Shown here one piece after another: positions 49,293 to 63,162 of a stretch of 64,000 nt of DNA. The translations under genes and the position numbers were made by a program. Each line of letters opens with the position of its first letter. The stretch's first letter is position 1. Origin of the DNA: Macrostomum lignano (Eukaryota); assembly GCA_002269645.1 (NCBI GenBank), contig NIVC01000701.1:1-64000 (forward strand). Direction: 5' to 3'. Below the pieces are notes generated by a model. That model was not told where the DNA came from, did no database searches, and saw only the letters and a list, made by a program, of their open reading frames with translations.

Positions 49293-51155
49293 CTCCCTCT
49301 CATTGTCTCCCTCTCATTGTCTCCCTCTCATTGTCTCCCTCTCATTGTCTCCCTCTCATTGTCTCCCTCTCATTGTCTCCCTCTCATTGTCTCCCTCTCA
49401 TTGTCTCCCTCTCATTGTCTCCCTCTCATTGTCTCCCTCTCATTGTCTCCCTCTCATTGTCTCCCTCTCATTGTCTCCCTCTCATTGTCTCCCTCTCAAT
49501 GTCTCCCTCTCATTGTCTTGTTCTCAGTATCTCCCTCTTATTGTCTCCCTCTCCCAGTGTTTCCCTCTCTCAGTGTTTCCCTCGTTCAGTGCCTCAATCT
49601 CTCAGTGTCTCCCTCTCAGTATCTCCCTCCCTCTCATTGTCTCCCTCTCATTGTCTCTCTCTCTCAGTGTTTCCCTCGCTCATTGTCTCACTCTCTCAGT
49701 ATCTCCCTCTCATTGTATCCCTCTCATTGTCTCCCTCTCATTGTCTCTCTCTCTCAGTGTTTCCCTCGCTCATTGTCTCACTCTCTCAGTATCTCCCTCT
49801 CATTGTCTCCCTCTCATTGTCTCCCCTCTCATTGTCTCCCCTCTCAGTATCTCCCTCTCATTGTCTCCCCTCTCAATGTCTCCCTCTCATTGTCTTGTTC
49901 TCAGTATCTCCCTCTTATTGTCTCCCTCTCCCAGTGTTTCCCTCTCTCAGTGTTTCCCTCGTTCAGTGCCTCAATCTCTCAGTGTCTCCCTCTCAGTATC
50001 TCCCTCCCTCTCATTGTCTCCCTCTCATTGTCTCTCTCTCTCAGTGTTTCCCTCGCTCATTGTCTCACTCTCTCAGTATCTCCCTCTCATTGTATCCCTC
50101 TCATTGTCTCCCTCTCATTGTCTCTCTCTCAGTGTTTCCCTCGCTCATTGTCTCACTCTCTCAGTATCTCCCTCTCATTGTCTCCCTCTCATTGTCTCCC
50201 CTCTCATTGTCTCCCCTCTCAGTATCTCCCTCTCATTGTCTCCCCTCTCAATGTCTCCCTCTCATTGTCTCTCTCTCTCAGTGTTTCCCTCGCTCATTGT
50301 CTCACTCTCTCAGTATCTCCCTCTCATTGTCTCCCTCTCATTGTCTCCCCTCTCATTGTCTCCCCTCTCAGTATCTCCCTCTCATTGTCTCCCCTCTCAA
50401 TGTCTCCCTCTCATTGTCTTGTTCTCAGTATCTCCCTCTTATTGTCTCCCTCTCCCAGTGTTTCCCTCTCTCAGTGTTTCCCTCGTTCAGTGCCTCAATC
50501 TCTCAGTGTCTCCCTCTCAGTATCTCCCTCCCTCTCATTGTCTCCCTCTCATTGTCTCTCTCTCTCAGTGTTTCCCTCGCTCATTGTCTCACTCTCTCAG
50601 TATCTCCCTCTCATTGTATCCCTCTCATTGTCTCCCTCTCATTGTCTCTCTCTCTCAGTGTTTCCCTCGCTCATTGTCTCACTCTCTCAGTATCTCCCTC
50701 TCATTGTCTCCCTCTCATTGTCTCCCCTCTCATTGTCTCCCCTCTCATTGTCTCTCCTCTCATTGTCTCCCCTCTCATTGTCTCTCCTCTCATTGTCTCC
50801 CCTCTCATTGTCTCCCCTCTCATTGTCTCCCCTCTCATTGTCTCCCCTCTCATTGTCTCCCCTCTCATTGTCTCCCCTCTCATTGTCTCCCCTCTCATTG
50901 TCTCCCCTCTCACTGTCTCCCCTCTTATTATCTCCACTCTCATTGTCTCCCTCTCATTGTCTCCCCTCTTATTGTCTCCCCTCTCATTGTCTCCCCTCTC
51001 ACTGTCTCCCCTCTTATTATCTCCACTCTCATTGTCTCCCCCTCTCATTGTCTCCCCTCTCATTGTCTCCCCTCTCATTGTCTCCCCTCTCATTGTCTCC
51101 CCTCTCATTGTCTCCCCCTTTCATTGTCTCCTGTCTCACTGTCTCCTTCTCATTG
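49293..51155. repeat. 14/15-bp satellite (ctctcattgtctcc) with internal higher-order duplications
   Basis: Directly visible; reverse complement is GGAGACAATGAGAG. Confidence 0.96.
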
Positions 51156-51829
51156 TAATTAATCTGCTTATTCACATTGAGTGTCACTCAGAACTTTCCC
51201 GGCAGACCCTACCCCAGGCCCAGAGTAGAGCAGGTAAATTGAAATAATTCATGCCCATCTGAGACAGCTCTCAAGTCCTAGTCGGGCAGGAGAGCTCAGA
51301 TGAGTAGCAGATGTATCACAGCTACTCTGCCCTATTTGCAGATGATCTCCGGGTGAGAGCCAAGGCAGTCCCGATCCCCTTCCTTCCTTAGAATTTCATC
51401 CAACTCGTCTCAATTTGGGTCCGCGGCAGTCCACTTGAGTGCTCAAGCTGAGGCTGGGAGGACATGAGACGTGCCAAATAGGAGGGGTAGAGGGGTACCT
51501 CACCGGATTCCCAGGGCAATAGGGGGAGGGAAATCCCGCTTCTCTGACTGAAGTTCAGCGGCCAGGTAACTCACTTCACTAAACTAAAAGCAGAGCGAAA
51601 CCTGCTTCTGGGGTGAGTCATGCTTGCCCGACCGAGGGTTGGCGGCAGAACTGCATTTCCTCCACCATTTTCTGTCACGCCTGCAGTCTTCCCTGCCTCA
51701 GCGATTCTTGCATTCTTATCGACTTGGCTGGCTAACCATTGTCTCACCTTGGTTAGGTAGGCTGCGCTCTATAGTTGCAAATTTTCATGATTGAGCTGTG
51801 GGCTTGGGATGTAGCGATTGAAGATTGAG

Positions 51830-54800
51830 TGTGAGACAAGGAGAGAGGGGAGACACTGAGGGGAAGACACTGAGGGGGACACTCTGAGGGGGAGACACTG
51901 AGGGGGAGACACTGAGGGGGAGACACTGAGTGGGAGGCACTGAGTGGGAGACACTGAGTGGGAGACACTGAGTGGGAGACACAGAAAGAGGGAGACACTG
52001 AGAGAGAGGGAGACACTGAGAGAGAGAGAGAGAGACACTGAGAGACGCTGAGAGGAGAGGGAGACACTGAGAGAGAAAGAGACACTGAGAGAGAGAGAGA
52101 CACTGAGAGAGAAAGAGACACTGAGAGAGGGGGAGACACTGAAAGGAGAGGGAGACACTGAGAGAGAGAGACACTGAGAGAGAGAGACACTGAGAGAGAG
52201 AGAGAGACACTGAGAGACGCTGAGAGGAGAGGGAGACACTGAGAGAGAAAGAGACACTGAGAGAGAAAGAGACACTGAGAGAGAGAGAGACACTGAGAGA
52301 GAAAGAGACACTGAGAGAGAAAGAGACACTGAGAGAGAGGGAGACACTGAGAGAGAGGGAGACACTGAGAGAGAGGGAGACACTGAGAGAGAGGGAGACA
52401 CTGAGAGGGAGAGAGAGACACTGAGAGAGAGAGAGAGACACTGAGAGACGCTGAGAGGAGAGGGAGACACTGAGAGAGAGAGAGAGACACTGAGAGAGAA
52501 AGAGACACTGAGAGAGATGGAGACACTGAGATAGAGGGAGACACTGAGAGGAGAGGGAGAAACTGAGAGAGAGGGAGACACTGAAAGGAGAGGGAGACAC
52601 TGAGAGAGAGAGAGACACTGAGAGAGAGAAAGACACTGAGAGAGAGAGAGAGAGACACTGAGAGACGCTGAGAGGAGAGGGAGACACTGAGAGAGAAAGA
52701 GACACTGAGAGAGAAAGAGACACTGAGAGAGAGAGAGACACTGAGAGAGAGAGAGACACTGAGAGAGAACGAGACACTGAGAGAGAGGGAGACACTGAGA
52801 GGAGAGGGAGACACTGAGAGAGAAAGAGACACTGAGAGAGAAAGAGACACTGAGAGAGAGGGAGACACTGAGAGAGAGGGAGACACTGAGAGAGAGGGAG
52901 ACACTGAGAGAGAGGGAGACACTGAGAGAGAGAGAGACACTGAGAGAGAAAGAGACACTGAGAGAGAGAGAGACACTGAGAGAGAGAGAGAGACACTGAG
53001 AGAGAGGGAGACACTGAGAGAGAGGGAGACACTGAGAGGAGAGGGAGACACTGAGAGAGAGAGAGACACTGAGAGAGAAAGAGACACTGAGAGAGAAAGA
53101 GACACTGAGAGAGAAAGAGACACTGAGAGAGAGAGAGAGAGACACTGAGAGAGAGAGAGAGAGACACTGAGAGACGCTGAGAGGAGAGGGAGACACTGAG
53201 AGAGAGAGAGAGACACTGAGAGAGAAAGAGACACTGAGAGAGAAAGAGACACTGAGAGAGAAAGAGACACTGAGAGAGAGAGAGAGAGACACTGAGAGAG
53301 AGAGAGAGAGACACTGAGAGAGAGAGAGAGACACTGAGAGACGCTGAGAGGAGAGGGAGACACTGAGAGAGAGAGAGAGACACTGAGAGAGAAAGAGACA
53401 CTGAGAGAGATGGAGACACTGAGAGAGAGGGAGACACTGAGAGGAGAGGGAGACACTGAGAGGAGAGGGAGACACTGAGAGAGAGGGAGACACTGAGAGG
53501 AGAGGGAGACACTGAGAGGAGAGGGAGACACTGAGAGGAGAGGGAGACACTGAGAGGAGAGGGTGACACTGAGAGAGGGGGAGACACTGAGAGAGAGGGA
53601 GACACTGAGAGAGAGAGAGGAAGTCACTGAGAGAGAGGAAGACACTGAGAGAGAAGGAGACACTGAGGGGGAGACACTGAGACAGGGAGACACTTAGAGA
53701 GGGACACACTGAGAGAGATGGAGACACTGAGAGAAGAGGGAGACACTGAGAGGAGAGGGAGACACTGAGAGGAGAGGGAGATACTGAGAGGAGAGGGAGA
53801 CACTGAGAGGAGAGGGAGACACTGAGAGGAGAGGGAGAAACTGAGAGAGAGGGAGACACTGAGAGAGGGGGAGACACTGAGAGAGGGGGAGACACTGAGA
53901 GGAGAGGGAGACACTGAGAGGGAGAGAGAGACACTGAGAGAGAGAGAGAGAGAGACACTGAGAGACGCTGAGAGGAGAGGGAGACACTGAGAGAGAGAGA
54001 GAGACACTGAGAGAGAAAGAGACACTGAGAGAGATGGAGACACTGAGAGAGAGGGAGACACTGAGAGAGAGGGAGACACTGAGAGAGAGAGAGAGAGAGA
54101 CACTGAGAGACGCTGAGAGGAGAGGGAGACACTGAGAGAGAAAGAGACACTGAGAGAGAGAGAGACACTGAGAGAGAAAGAGACACTGAGAGAGGGGGAG
54201 ACACTGAAAGGAGAGGGAGACACTGAGAGAGAGAGAGACACTGAGAGAGAGAAAGACACTGAGAGAGAGAGAGAGAGACACTGAGAGACGCTGAGAGGAG
54301 AGGGAGACACTGAGAGAGAAAGAGACACTGAGAGAGAAAGAGACACTGAGAGAGAGAGACACTGAGAGAGAAAGAGACACTGAGAGAGAAAGAGACACTG
54401 AGAGAGAGGGAGACACTGAGAGAGAGGGAGACACTGAGAGAGAGGGAGACACTGAGAGAGAGGGAGACACTGAGAGAGAGGGAGACACTGAGAGAGAGGG
54501 AGACACTGAGAGGGAGAGAGAGACACTGAGAGAGAGAGAGAGACACTGAGAGACGCTGAGAGGAGAGGGAGACACTGAGAGAGAGAGAGAGACACTGAGA
54601 GAGAAAGAGACACTGAGAGAGATGGAGACACTGAGATAGAGGGAGACACTGAGAGGAGAGGGAGAAACTGAGAGAGAGGGAGACACTGAAAGGAGAGGGA
54701 GACACTGAGAGAGAGAGAGACACTGAGAGAGAGAAAGACACTGAGAGAGAGAGAGAGAGACACTGAGAGACGCTGAGAGGAGAGGGAGACACTGAGAGAG

Positions 54801-57800
54801 AAAGAGACACTGAGAGAGAAAGAGACACTGAGAGAGAGAGAGACACTGAGAGAGAGAGAGACACTGAGAGAGAACGAGACACTGAGAGAGAGGGAGACAC
54901 TGAGAGGAGAGGGAGACACTGAGAGAGAAAGAGACACTGAGAGAGAAAGAGACACTGAGAGAGAGGGAGACACTGAGAGAGAGGGAGACACTGAGAGAGA
55001 GGGAGACACTGAGAGAGAGGGAGACACTGAGAGAGAGAGAGACACTGAGAGAGAAAGAGACACTGAGAGAGAGAGAGAGACACTGAGAGAGAGAGAGAGA
55101 CACTGAGAGAGAGGGAGACACTGAGAGAGAGGGAGACACTGAGAGGAGAGGGAGACACTGAGAGAGAGAGAGACACTGAGAGAGAAAGAGACACTGAGAG
55201 AGAAAGAGACACTGAGAGAGAAAGAGACACTGAGAGAGAGAGAGAGAGACACTGAGAGAGAGAGAGAGAGACACTGAGAGAGAGAGAGAGACACTGAGAG
55301 ACGCTGAGAGGAGAGGGAGACACTGAGAGAGAGAGAGAGACACTGAGAGAGAAAGAGACACTGAGAGAGATGGAGACACTGAGAGAGAGGGAGACACTGA
55401 GAGGAGAGGGAGACACTGAGAGGAGAGGGAGACACTGAGAGAGAGGGAGACACTGAGAGGAGAGGGAGACACTGAGAGGAGAGGGAGACACTGAGAGGAG
55501 AGGGAGACACTGAGAGGAGAGGGTGACACTGAGAGAGGGGGAGACACTGAGAGAGAGGGAGACACTGAGAGAGAGAGAGGAAGACACTGAGAGAGAGGAA
55601 GACACTGAGAGAGAAGGAGACACTGAGGGGGAGACACTGAGACAGGGAGACACTTAGAGAGGGACACACTGAGAGAGATGGAGACACTGAGAGAAGAGGG
55701 AGACACTGAGAGGAGAGGGAGACACTGAGAGGAGAGGGAGATACTGAGAGGAGAGGGAGACACTGAGAGGAGAGGGAGACACTGAGAGGAGAGGGAGAAA
55801 CTGAGAGAGAGGGAGACACTGAGAGAGGGGGAGACACTGAGAGAGGGGGAGACACTGAGAGGAGAGGGAGACACTGAGAGGGAGAGAGAGACACTGAGAG
55901 AGAGAGAGAGAGACACTGAGAGACGCTGAGAGGAGAGGGAGACACTGAGAGAGAGAGAGAGACACTGAGAGAGAAAGAGACACTGAGAGAGATGGAGACA
56001 CTGAGAGAGAGGGAGACACTGAGAGAGAGGGAGACACTGAGAGAGAGAGAGAGAGAGAGACACTGAGAGACGCTGAGAGGAGAGGGAGACACTGAGAGAG
56101 AAAGAGACACTGAGAGAGAGAGAGACACTGAGAGAGAAAGAGACACTGAGAGAGGGGGAGACACTGAAAGGAGAGGGAGACACTGAGAGAGAGAGAGACA
56201 CTGAGAGAGAGAAAGACACTGAGAGAGAGAGAGAGAGACACTGAGAGACGCTGAGAGGAGAGGGAGACACTGAGAGAGAAAGAGACACTGAGAGAGAAAG
56301 AGACACTGAGAGAGAGAGAGACACTGAGAGAGAAAGAGACACTGAGAGAGAAAGAGACACTGAGAGAGAGGGAGACACTGAGAGAGAGGGAGACACTGAG
56401 AGAGAGGGAGACACTGAGAGAGAGAGAGACACTGAGAGGGAGAGAGAGAGACACTGAGAGACGCTGAGAGGAGAGGGAGACACTGAGAGAGAGAGAGAGA
56501 GAGACACTGAGAGAGAAAGAGACACTGAGAGAGATGGAGACACTGAGAGAGAGGGAGACACTGAGAGAGAGGGAGACACTGAGAGAGAGAGAGAGAGAGA
56601 GACACTGAGAGACGCTGAGAGGAGAGGGAGACACTGAGAGAGAAAGAGACACTGAGAGAGAGAGAGACACTGAGAGAGAAAGAGACACTGAGAGAGGGGG
56701 AGACACTGAAAGGAGAGGGAGACACTGAGAGAGAGAGACACTGAGAGAGAGAGAGACACTGAGAGAGAGAGAGAGACACTGAGAGACGCTGAGAGGAGAG
56801 GGAGACACTGAGAGAGAAAGAGACACTGAGAGAGAAAGAGACACTGAGAGAGAGAGAGACACTGAGAGAGAAAGAGACACTGAGAGAGAAAGAGACACTG
56901 AGAGAGAGGGAGACACTGAGAGAGAGGGAGACACTGAGAGAGAGGGAGACACTGAGAGAGAGAGAGACACTGAGAGGGAGAGAGAGACACTGAGAGAGAG
57001 AGAGAGAGAGACACTGAGAGACGCTGAGAGGAGAGGGAGACACTGAGAGAGAGAGAGAGACACTGAGAGAGAAAGAGACACTGAGAGAGATGGAGACACT
57101 GAGATAGAGGGAGACACTGAGAGAGAGGGAGACACTGAGAGAGAGAGAGACACTGAGAGAGAACGAGACACTGAGAGAGAGGGAGACACTGAGAGGAGAG
57201 GGAGACACTGAGAGAGAGAGAGACACTGAGAGAGAAAGAGACACTGAGAGAGAAAGAGACACTGAGAGAGAGGGAGACACTGAGAGAGAGGGAGACACTG
57301 AGAGAGAGGGAGACACTGAGAGAGAGGGAGACACTGAGAGAGAGAGAGACACTGAGAGAGAAAGAGACACTGAGAGAGAAAGAGACACTGAGAGAGAGAG
57401 AGAGACACTGAGAGAGAGAGAGAGACACTGAGAGAGAGGGAGACACTGAGAGAGAGGGAGACACTGAGAGGAGAGGGAGACACTGAGAGAGAGAGAGACA
57501 CTGAGAGAGAAAGAGACACTGAGAGAGAAAGAGACACTGAGAGAGAAAGAGACACTGAGAGAGAGAGAGAGAGACACTGAGAGAGAGAGAGAGACACTGA
57601 GAGAGAGAGAGAGACACTGAGAGACGCTGAGAGGAGAGGGAGACACTGAGAGAGAGAGAGAGACACTGAGAGAGAAAGAGACACTGAGAGAGATGGAGAC
57701 ACTGAGAGAGAGGGAGACACTGAGAGGAGAGGGAGACACTGAGAGGAGAGGGAGACACTGAGAGAGAGGGAGACACTGAGAGGAGAGGGAGACACTGAGA

Positions 57801-58376
57801 GGAGAGGGAGACACTGAGAGGAGAGGGAGACACTGAGAGAGAGAGAGACACTGAGAGAGAAAGAGACACTGAGAGAGAAAGAGACACTGAGAGAGAGAGA
57901 GGAAGACACTGAGAGAGAGGAAGACACTGAGAGAGAAGGAGACACTGAGGGGGAGACACTGAGACAGGGAGACACTGAGAGGAGAGGGAGACACTGAGAG
58001 GAGAGGGAGACACTGAGAGGAGAGGGTGACACTGAGAGAGGGGGAGACACTGAGAGAGAGGGAGACACTGAGAGAGAGAGAGGAAGACACTGAGAGAGAG
58101 GAAGACACTGAGAGAGAAGGAGACACTGAGGGGGAGACACTGAGACAGGGAGACACTTAGAGAGGGACACACTGAGAGAGATGGAGACACTGAGAGGAGA
58201 GGGAGACACTGAGAGGAGAGGGAGACACTGAGAGGAGAGGGAGATACTGAGAGGAGAGGGAGACACTGAGAGGAGAGGGAGACACTGAGAGGAGAGGGAG
58301 AAACTGAGAGAGAGGGAGACACTGAGAGAGGGGGAGACACTGAGAGAGGGGGAGACACTGAGAGGAGAGGGAGACA
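51830..58376. repeat. GA-rich 16-20-bp satellite (ggagacactgagagag), ~6.5 kb, with kb-scale higher-order blocks
   Basis: Directly visible; the rare marker gacagggagacacttagagagggacac recurs at ~53681, ~55641 and ~58144. Confidence 0.97.
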
Positions 58377-58944
58377 AGATAGGAAGGGTACAAGATGATC
58401 AATTAAAATTGCAAAGTAAAACTAGCCAAAATACTTGAATGCAATGAAAAGTCAGACATGTAATATAGAGGCCTATAAACTATCCTGTACAAATGTTGAG
58501 CTCAGAGACCCCCAGACAGCCAGTCTCTCTTGTCTAGCGCGCGTTCTGACAAAACAAACCGCGCCATGCCAGTTTAAGACGGGAAATGCTTTGTGTCCTC
58601 GCGCGGCCACTAGCAGCTCGGGCTCGACTTTGTTGGCCCTAAGCAAACAGACCAGAGTTTCAGACTGCGCCCATACCAATGCCTGGGCTGCAGTGCAGCA
58701 CTGCAACGCCTCCTGTGCCTGCTGCGGGCCGTGCATGATCTGGGGGCATTGCTGCGAGATGCTTTCAAGTTCTCAGTTGCTGCCCCCAACATGGCCGAAC
58801 GAATCTGCAATAGATGTGCTGTTAAATGAGACTGACTGGGATGGGGGCACACAGAAACTCGGGAAAATATTGATTGATTATTGACTGAAATTATAAAAGT
58901 GAAAATCGATAATCCATTCATATGGCCAGCAAGGAATCGGAGGG

Positions 58945-60820
58945 GAGGCAGAGAAGGAGGCAGAGAAGGAGGCAGAGAAGGAGGCAAGAGAAGGAGGCAG
59001 AGAAGGAGGCAGAGAAGGAGGTAGAGAAGGAGGCAGAGAAGGAGGCAGAGAAGGAGGCAGAGAAGGGGGCAGAGAAGGAGGCAGAGAAGGGGGCAGAGAA
59101 GGAGGCAGAGAAGGGGCAGAGAAGGAGGCAGAGAAGGAGGCAGAGAAGGAGGCAGAGAAGGAGGCAGAGGAGGCAGAGAAGGAGGCAGAGAAGAAGGCAG
59201 AGAAGGAGGCAAAGAAGGAGGCAGAGAAGGAGGCAGAGAAGGAGGCAGAGAAGGAGGCAGAGAAGGCAGAGGAGGCAGAGAAGGAGGCAGAGAAGGAGGC
59301 AGAGAAGGAGGCAGAGAAGGAGGCAGAGAAGAAGGCGGAGAAGAAGGCGGAGAAGAAGGCAGAGAAGGAGGCAGAGAAGGAGGCAGAGAAGGAGGCAGAG
59401 AAGGAGGCAGAGAAGGAAACAGAGAAGGAGGCAGAGAAGGAGGCAGAGAAGGAGGCAGAGAAGGAGGCAGAGAAGGAGGCAGAGGAGGCAGAGAAGGAGG
59501 CAGAGAAGGAGGCAGAGAAGGAGGCAGAGGAGGCAGAGAAGGAGGCAGAGGAGGCAGAGAAGGAGGCAGTGGAGGCAGAGAAGGAGGCAGAGGAGGCAGA
59601 GAAGGAGGCAGAGGAGGCAGAGAAGGAGGCAGAGAAGGAGGCAGAGAAGGAGGCAGAGAAGGAGGCAGAGAAGGAGGCAGAGGAGGCAGAGAAGGAGGCA
59701 GAGGAGGCAGAGAAGGAGGCAGAGCAGGAGGCAGAGAAGGAGGCAGAGAAGGAGGCAGAGGAGGCAGAGAAGGAGGCAGAGGAGGCAGAGAAGGAGGCAG
59801 AGGAGGCATAGAAGGAGGCAGAGGAGGCAGAGAAGGAGGCAGAGAAGGAGGCAGAGAAGGAGGCAGAGAAGGAGGCAGAGAAGGAGGCAGAGAAGGAGGC
59901 AGAAGAGGCAGAGAAGGAGGCAGAGGAGGCAGAGAAGGAGGCAGAGAAGGAGGCAGAGAAGGAGGCAGAGAAGGAGGCAGAGAAGGAGGCAGAGGAGGCA
60001 GAGAAGGAGGCAGAGGAGGCAGAGAAGGAGGCAGAGAAGGAGGCAGAGAAGGAGGCAGAGAAGGAGGCAGAGGAGGCAGAGAAGGAGGCAGAGGAGGCAG
60101 AGAAGGAGGCAGAGGAGGCAGAGAAGGAGGCAGAGGAGGCATAGAAGGAGGCAGAGGAGGCAGAGAAGGAGGCAGAGAAGGAGGCAGAGAAGGAGGCAGA
60201 GAAGGAGGCAGAGAAGGAGGCAGAGAAGGAGGCAGAAGAGGCAGAGAAGGAGGCAGAGGAGGCAGAGAAGGAGGCAGAGAAGGAGGCAGAGAAGGAGGCA
60301 GAGAAGGAGGCAGAGAAGGAGGCAGAGAAGGAGGCAGAGAAGGAGGCAGAGAAGGAGGCAGAGAAGGAGGCAGAGAAGGAGGCAGAGAAGGAGGCAGAGA
60401 AGGAGGCAGAGAAGGAGGCAGAGAAGGAGGCAGAGAAGGAGGCAGAGAAGGAGGCAGAGAAGGAGGCAGAGGAGGCAGAGAAGGAGGCAGAGGAGGCAGA
60501 GAAGGAGGCAGAAGAGGCAGAGAAGCAGGCAGAGGAGGCAGAGAAGGAGGCAGAGGAGGCAGAGAAGGAGGCAGAGGAGGCAGAGAAGGAGGTAGAGGAG
60601 GCAGAGAAGGAGGTAGAGGAGGCAGAGAAGGAGGTAGAGGAGGCAGAGAAGGAGGCAGAGGAGGCAGAGAAGGAGGCAGAAGAGGCAGAGAAGCAGGCAG
60701 AGGAGGCAGAGAAGGAGGCAGAGGAGGCAGAGAAGGAGGTAGAGGAGGCAGAGAAGGAGGTAGAGGAGGCAGAGAAGGAGGCAGAGGAGGCAGAGAAGGA
60801 GACAGAGAAAGCAGAGGAGG
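58945..60820. repeat. Mixed 12/9-bp purine satellite (ggcagagaagga / ggcagagga)
   Basis: Directly visible. Confidence 0.96.
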
Positions 60821-61356
60821 CAGAGGGGGGAGGGAAAAGTGTAGCTGGCAGCATTGCAGTTCTCTTTATGCATATTGATGAAGCAGCCGCTCCTTGCTGG
60901 GCCAGTCAAGGCCCATCGATTGTCGGCCACTTTATTGTTTTGAGTCGGAGAACTAATTTCCAATTCGCTTAGCAGCTCTCGATGAGCTGTGCTAGAAAAT
61001 TAATTACTAAAGCATCTTTACTCAGTTTCACAGGAACAAATATCAGAGGAACTGGCTTTGATTAATGAAAGTTGAGAGCAAGGCTTGAAGACAATTAAGT
61101 TCAAGACGAAAAAGTTCATTGCTATTTTTGTTAAAATGAACTTTCTTTTCAGAATCATCACACAATTGTTTTCCCTCTAGCTATAAATTTCATCGAAAAT
61201 AGGGACAAAAACCTTCAAACGCTACTTGAAGTAGAACATTTCTACTTAACTTAAAGCAGTTGGTTTGGTGCAGTTTTTATTAGAAAGTTGAATGCAATTT
61301 TCATCCAGAAACTCAACTTATCTTGTACCATTTAAAAATATTGAAAATTATGCGTG

Positions 61357-61832
61357 TTAGACAGATATTGTACCTGTTAGACAGATAGTGTACCTGTTAG
61401 ACAGATAGTGTACCTGTTAGACAGATAGTGTACCTGTTAGACAGATAGTGTACCTGTTAGACAGATAGTGTACCTGTACCTGTTAGACAGATAGTGTACC
61501 TGTACCTGTTAGACAGATAGTGTACCTGTACCTGTTAGACAGATAATGTACCTGTTTGACAGATAGTGTGCCTGTTAGACAGATAGTGTACCTGTTAGAC
61601 AGATAGTGTACCTGTTAGACAAATCGTGTACCCGTCAGACAGATAGTGTAGCTGTCAGACAGATAGTGTACCTGTTAGACATATAGTGTACCTGTTAGAC
61701 AGATAGTGTACCTGTTAGACAGATAGTGTACCTGTTAGACAAATCGTGTACCCGTCAGGCAGATAGTGTACCTGTTAGACAGATAGTGTAGCTGTCAGAC
61801 AAATCGTGTACCCGTCAGGCAGATAGTGTACC
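61357..61832. repeat. 20-bp minisatellite (cagatagtgtacctgttaga), ~23 copies
   Basis: Directly visible; some units carry an extra tgtacc. Confidence 0.94.
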
Positions 61833-62514
61833 CAAGTCTAACAAAGCCAGTTGGCAATTCCAGTTGGCAGAAGTTGCAAAATAATGAGCAAATTGAGTAG
61901 CCTCCATCTCAGAGCAGTACAATTGTTATGGGGTCTGAAATGACTCACTAACTGTGCTCAGCCAAAGCACTGCGGGCTTAACCGCTCTGTTGAGAATAAA
62001 AAAACCACAAGACAAGCATAAAGAAGCACCGAAAGAAGGAAAGAGAAGAGATTCTTCTTTGCCATGGCGTCAGACTAATCTCGGGGTATTTTGCACTGTA
62101 TCTGACACCGCCCCCCCTCAACGGCCGCCCCTCCTCCCTGTAGCTGATAGTGAAGTTTGCCGCTCGAGACAGCCCCCTGAGGGCTCCGCCAGGGACACCA
62201 TGGTTTAGCAATCTGGATTGGAAAACACCGCACACGATAAGGCCTGCTAACCGTTTATTGTGCATGCCTCTGATGCTTGGGAGAACTTCTGACTCTCCCG
62301 CTACATCCCTGGTTCGATTCCACATTCATTTGGGGCTTGTATGCCTGACGATTAGAAAGTCAGAGCCAGACTGTACACCCTGGGTGAGCGTGTGCATGAG
62401 TCAGTATTGACGCGCTTGCATGTGCTCAGCAGTCAGCGGAATGAGCAGATTGCCGTCAGCGCTGCCCTATTAATATTAGTATTAAATTTATAAATATTAT
62501 TGTCATTAGGATTG

Positions 62515-62518
62515 CTTC

Positions 62519-62552
<34 letters not shown>
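62515..62552. repeat. (ATT)n microsatellite
   Basis: Directly visible. Confidence 0.95.
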
Positions 62553-62553
<1 letters not shown>

Positions 62554-63162
62554 GAGCTTATGAAAGTGACAGTAAAACAGGCCAACAGTCGGCTGCCAGT
62601 CCAGATACTCTGTCCAGGACTCCCTGGTTCAGCTTAGTGTGTCTCATGCTTTTTCTGGATTCGACCCGCCTCTCCAACCCCCCCTTCTCTGCATAAACGG
62701 AGGTGAGGCAGCCTAATTGCCGGTGTACAATTGAGGGGCTGGCCGGCAGTCTGGAGGCGCATGAACCTTGAAGGGGCCGCAGGGTGCCGCCTACTTACTC
62801 GGGGCATAAATTAGAACACGCGTGGCAACTGCGGGCTTGGCACACAGTTGGAAAAGAGACTGTGTTAGAGACAGGCGCAGGCGGCACAGTTAAAAAAGAA
62901 GTCAGTCTGTCAGCCATAGTTGTCAGTGGCTTTGAGCAGCAGCAGAAGTTGAAGCCATCAGCATCGTGGTAGAGCAAGTCAAAGTCTGCGCGGTCAAGTT
63001 GATTGACAGAAGCTGTCAAATCCTCCCGCTGACACAGCCTCCCATTGTCCCTGGCTGACTCATCCCATCTCATCTCAAACCTACCGTTGTGTGGAGACAC
63101 CAACAGGCCACCGGCTGCTACAGTTTGCTTCTGAAAGCAGAAATTTAGCGTTATTTTCTCAA

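Noticed and set aside
43141-58402. Very long Ser/Leu/Cys/Pro-rich ORFs (up to 1554 aa)
   Set aside because: Open in several frames only because the low-complexity satellites lack stop codons.
58677-58745. PTP-like motif VAVLHCSPGIG on the minus strand
   Set aside because: An in-frame TGA lies shortly upstream, the catalytic Arg is absent unless supplied by splicing, and no other phosphatase exons were found nearby.
58922-60963. EAEK-repeat coiled-coil or Arg/Gln-rich protein
   Set aside because: The EAEK frame is broken by TAG variants (~59809, ~60142) and frameshifting units; consistent with a non-coding 12/9-bp satellite.
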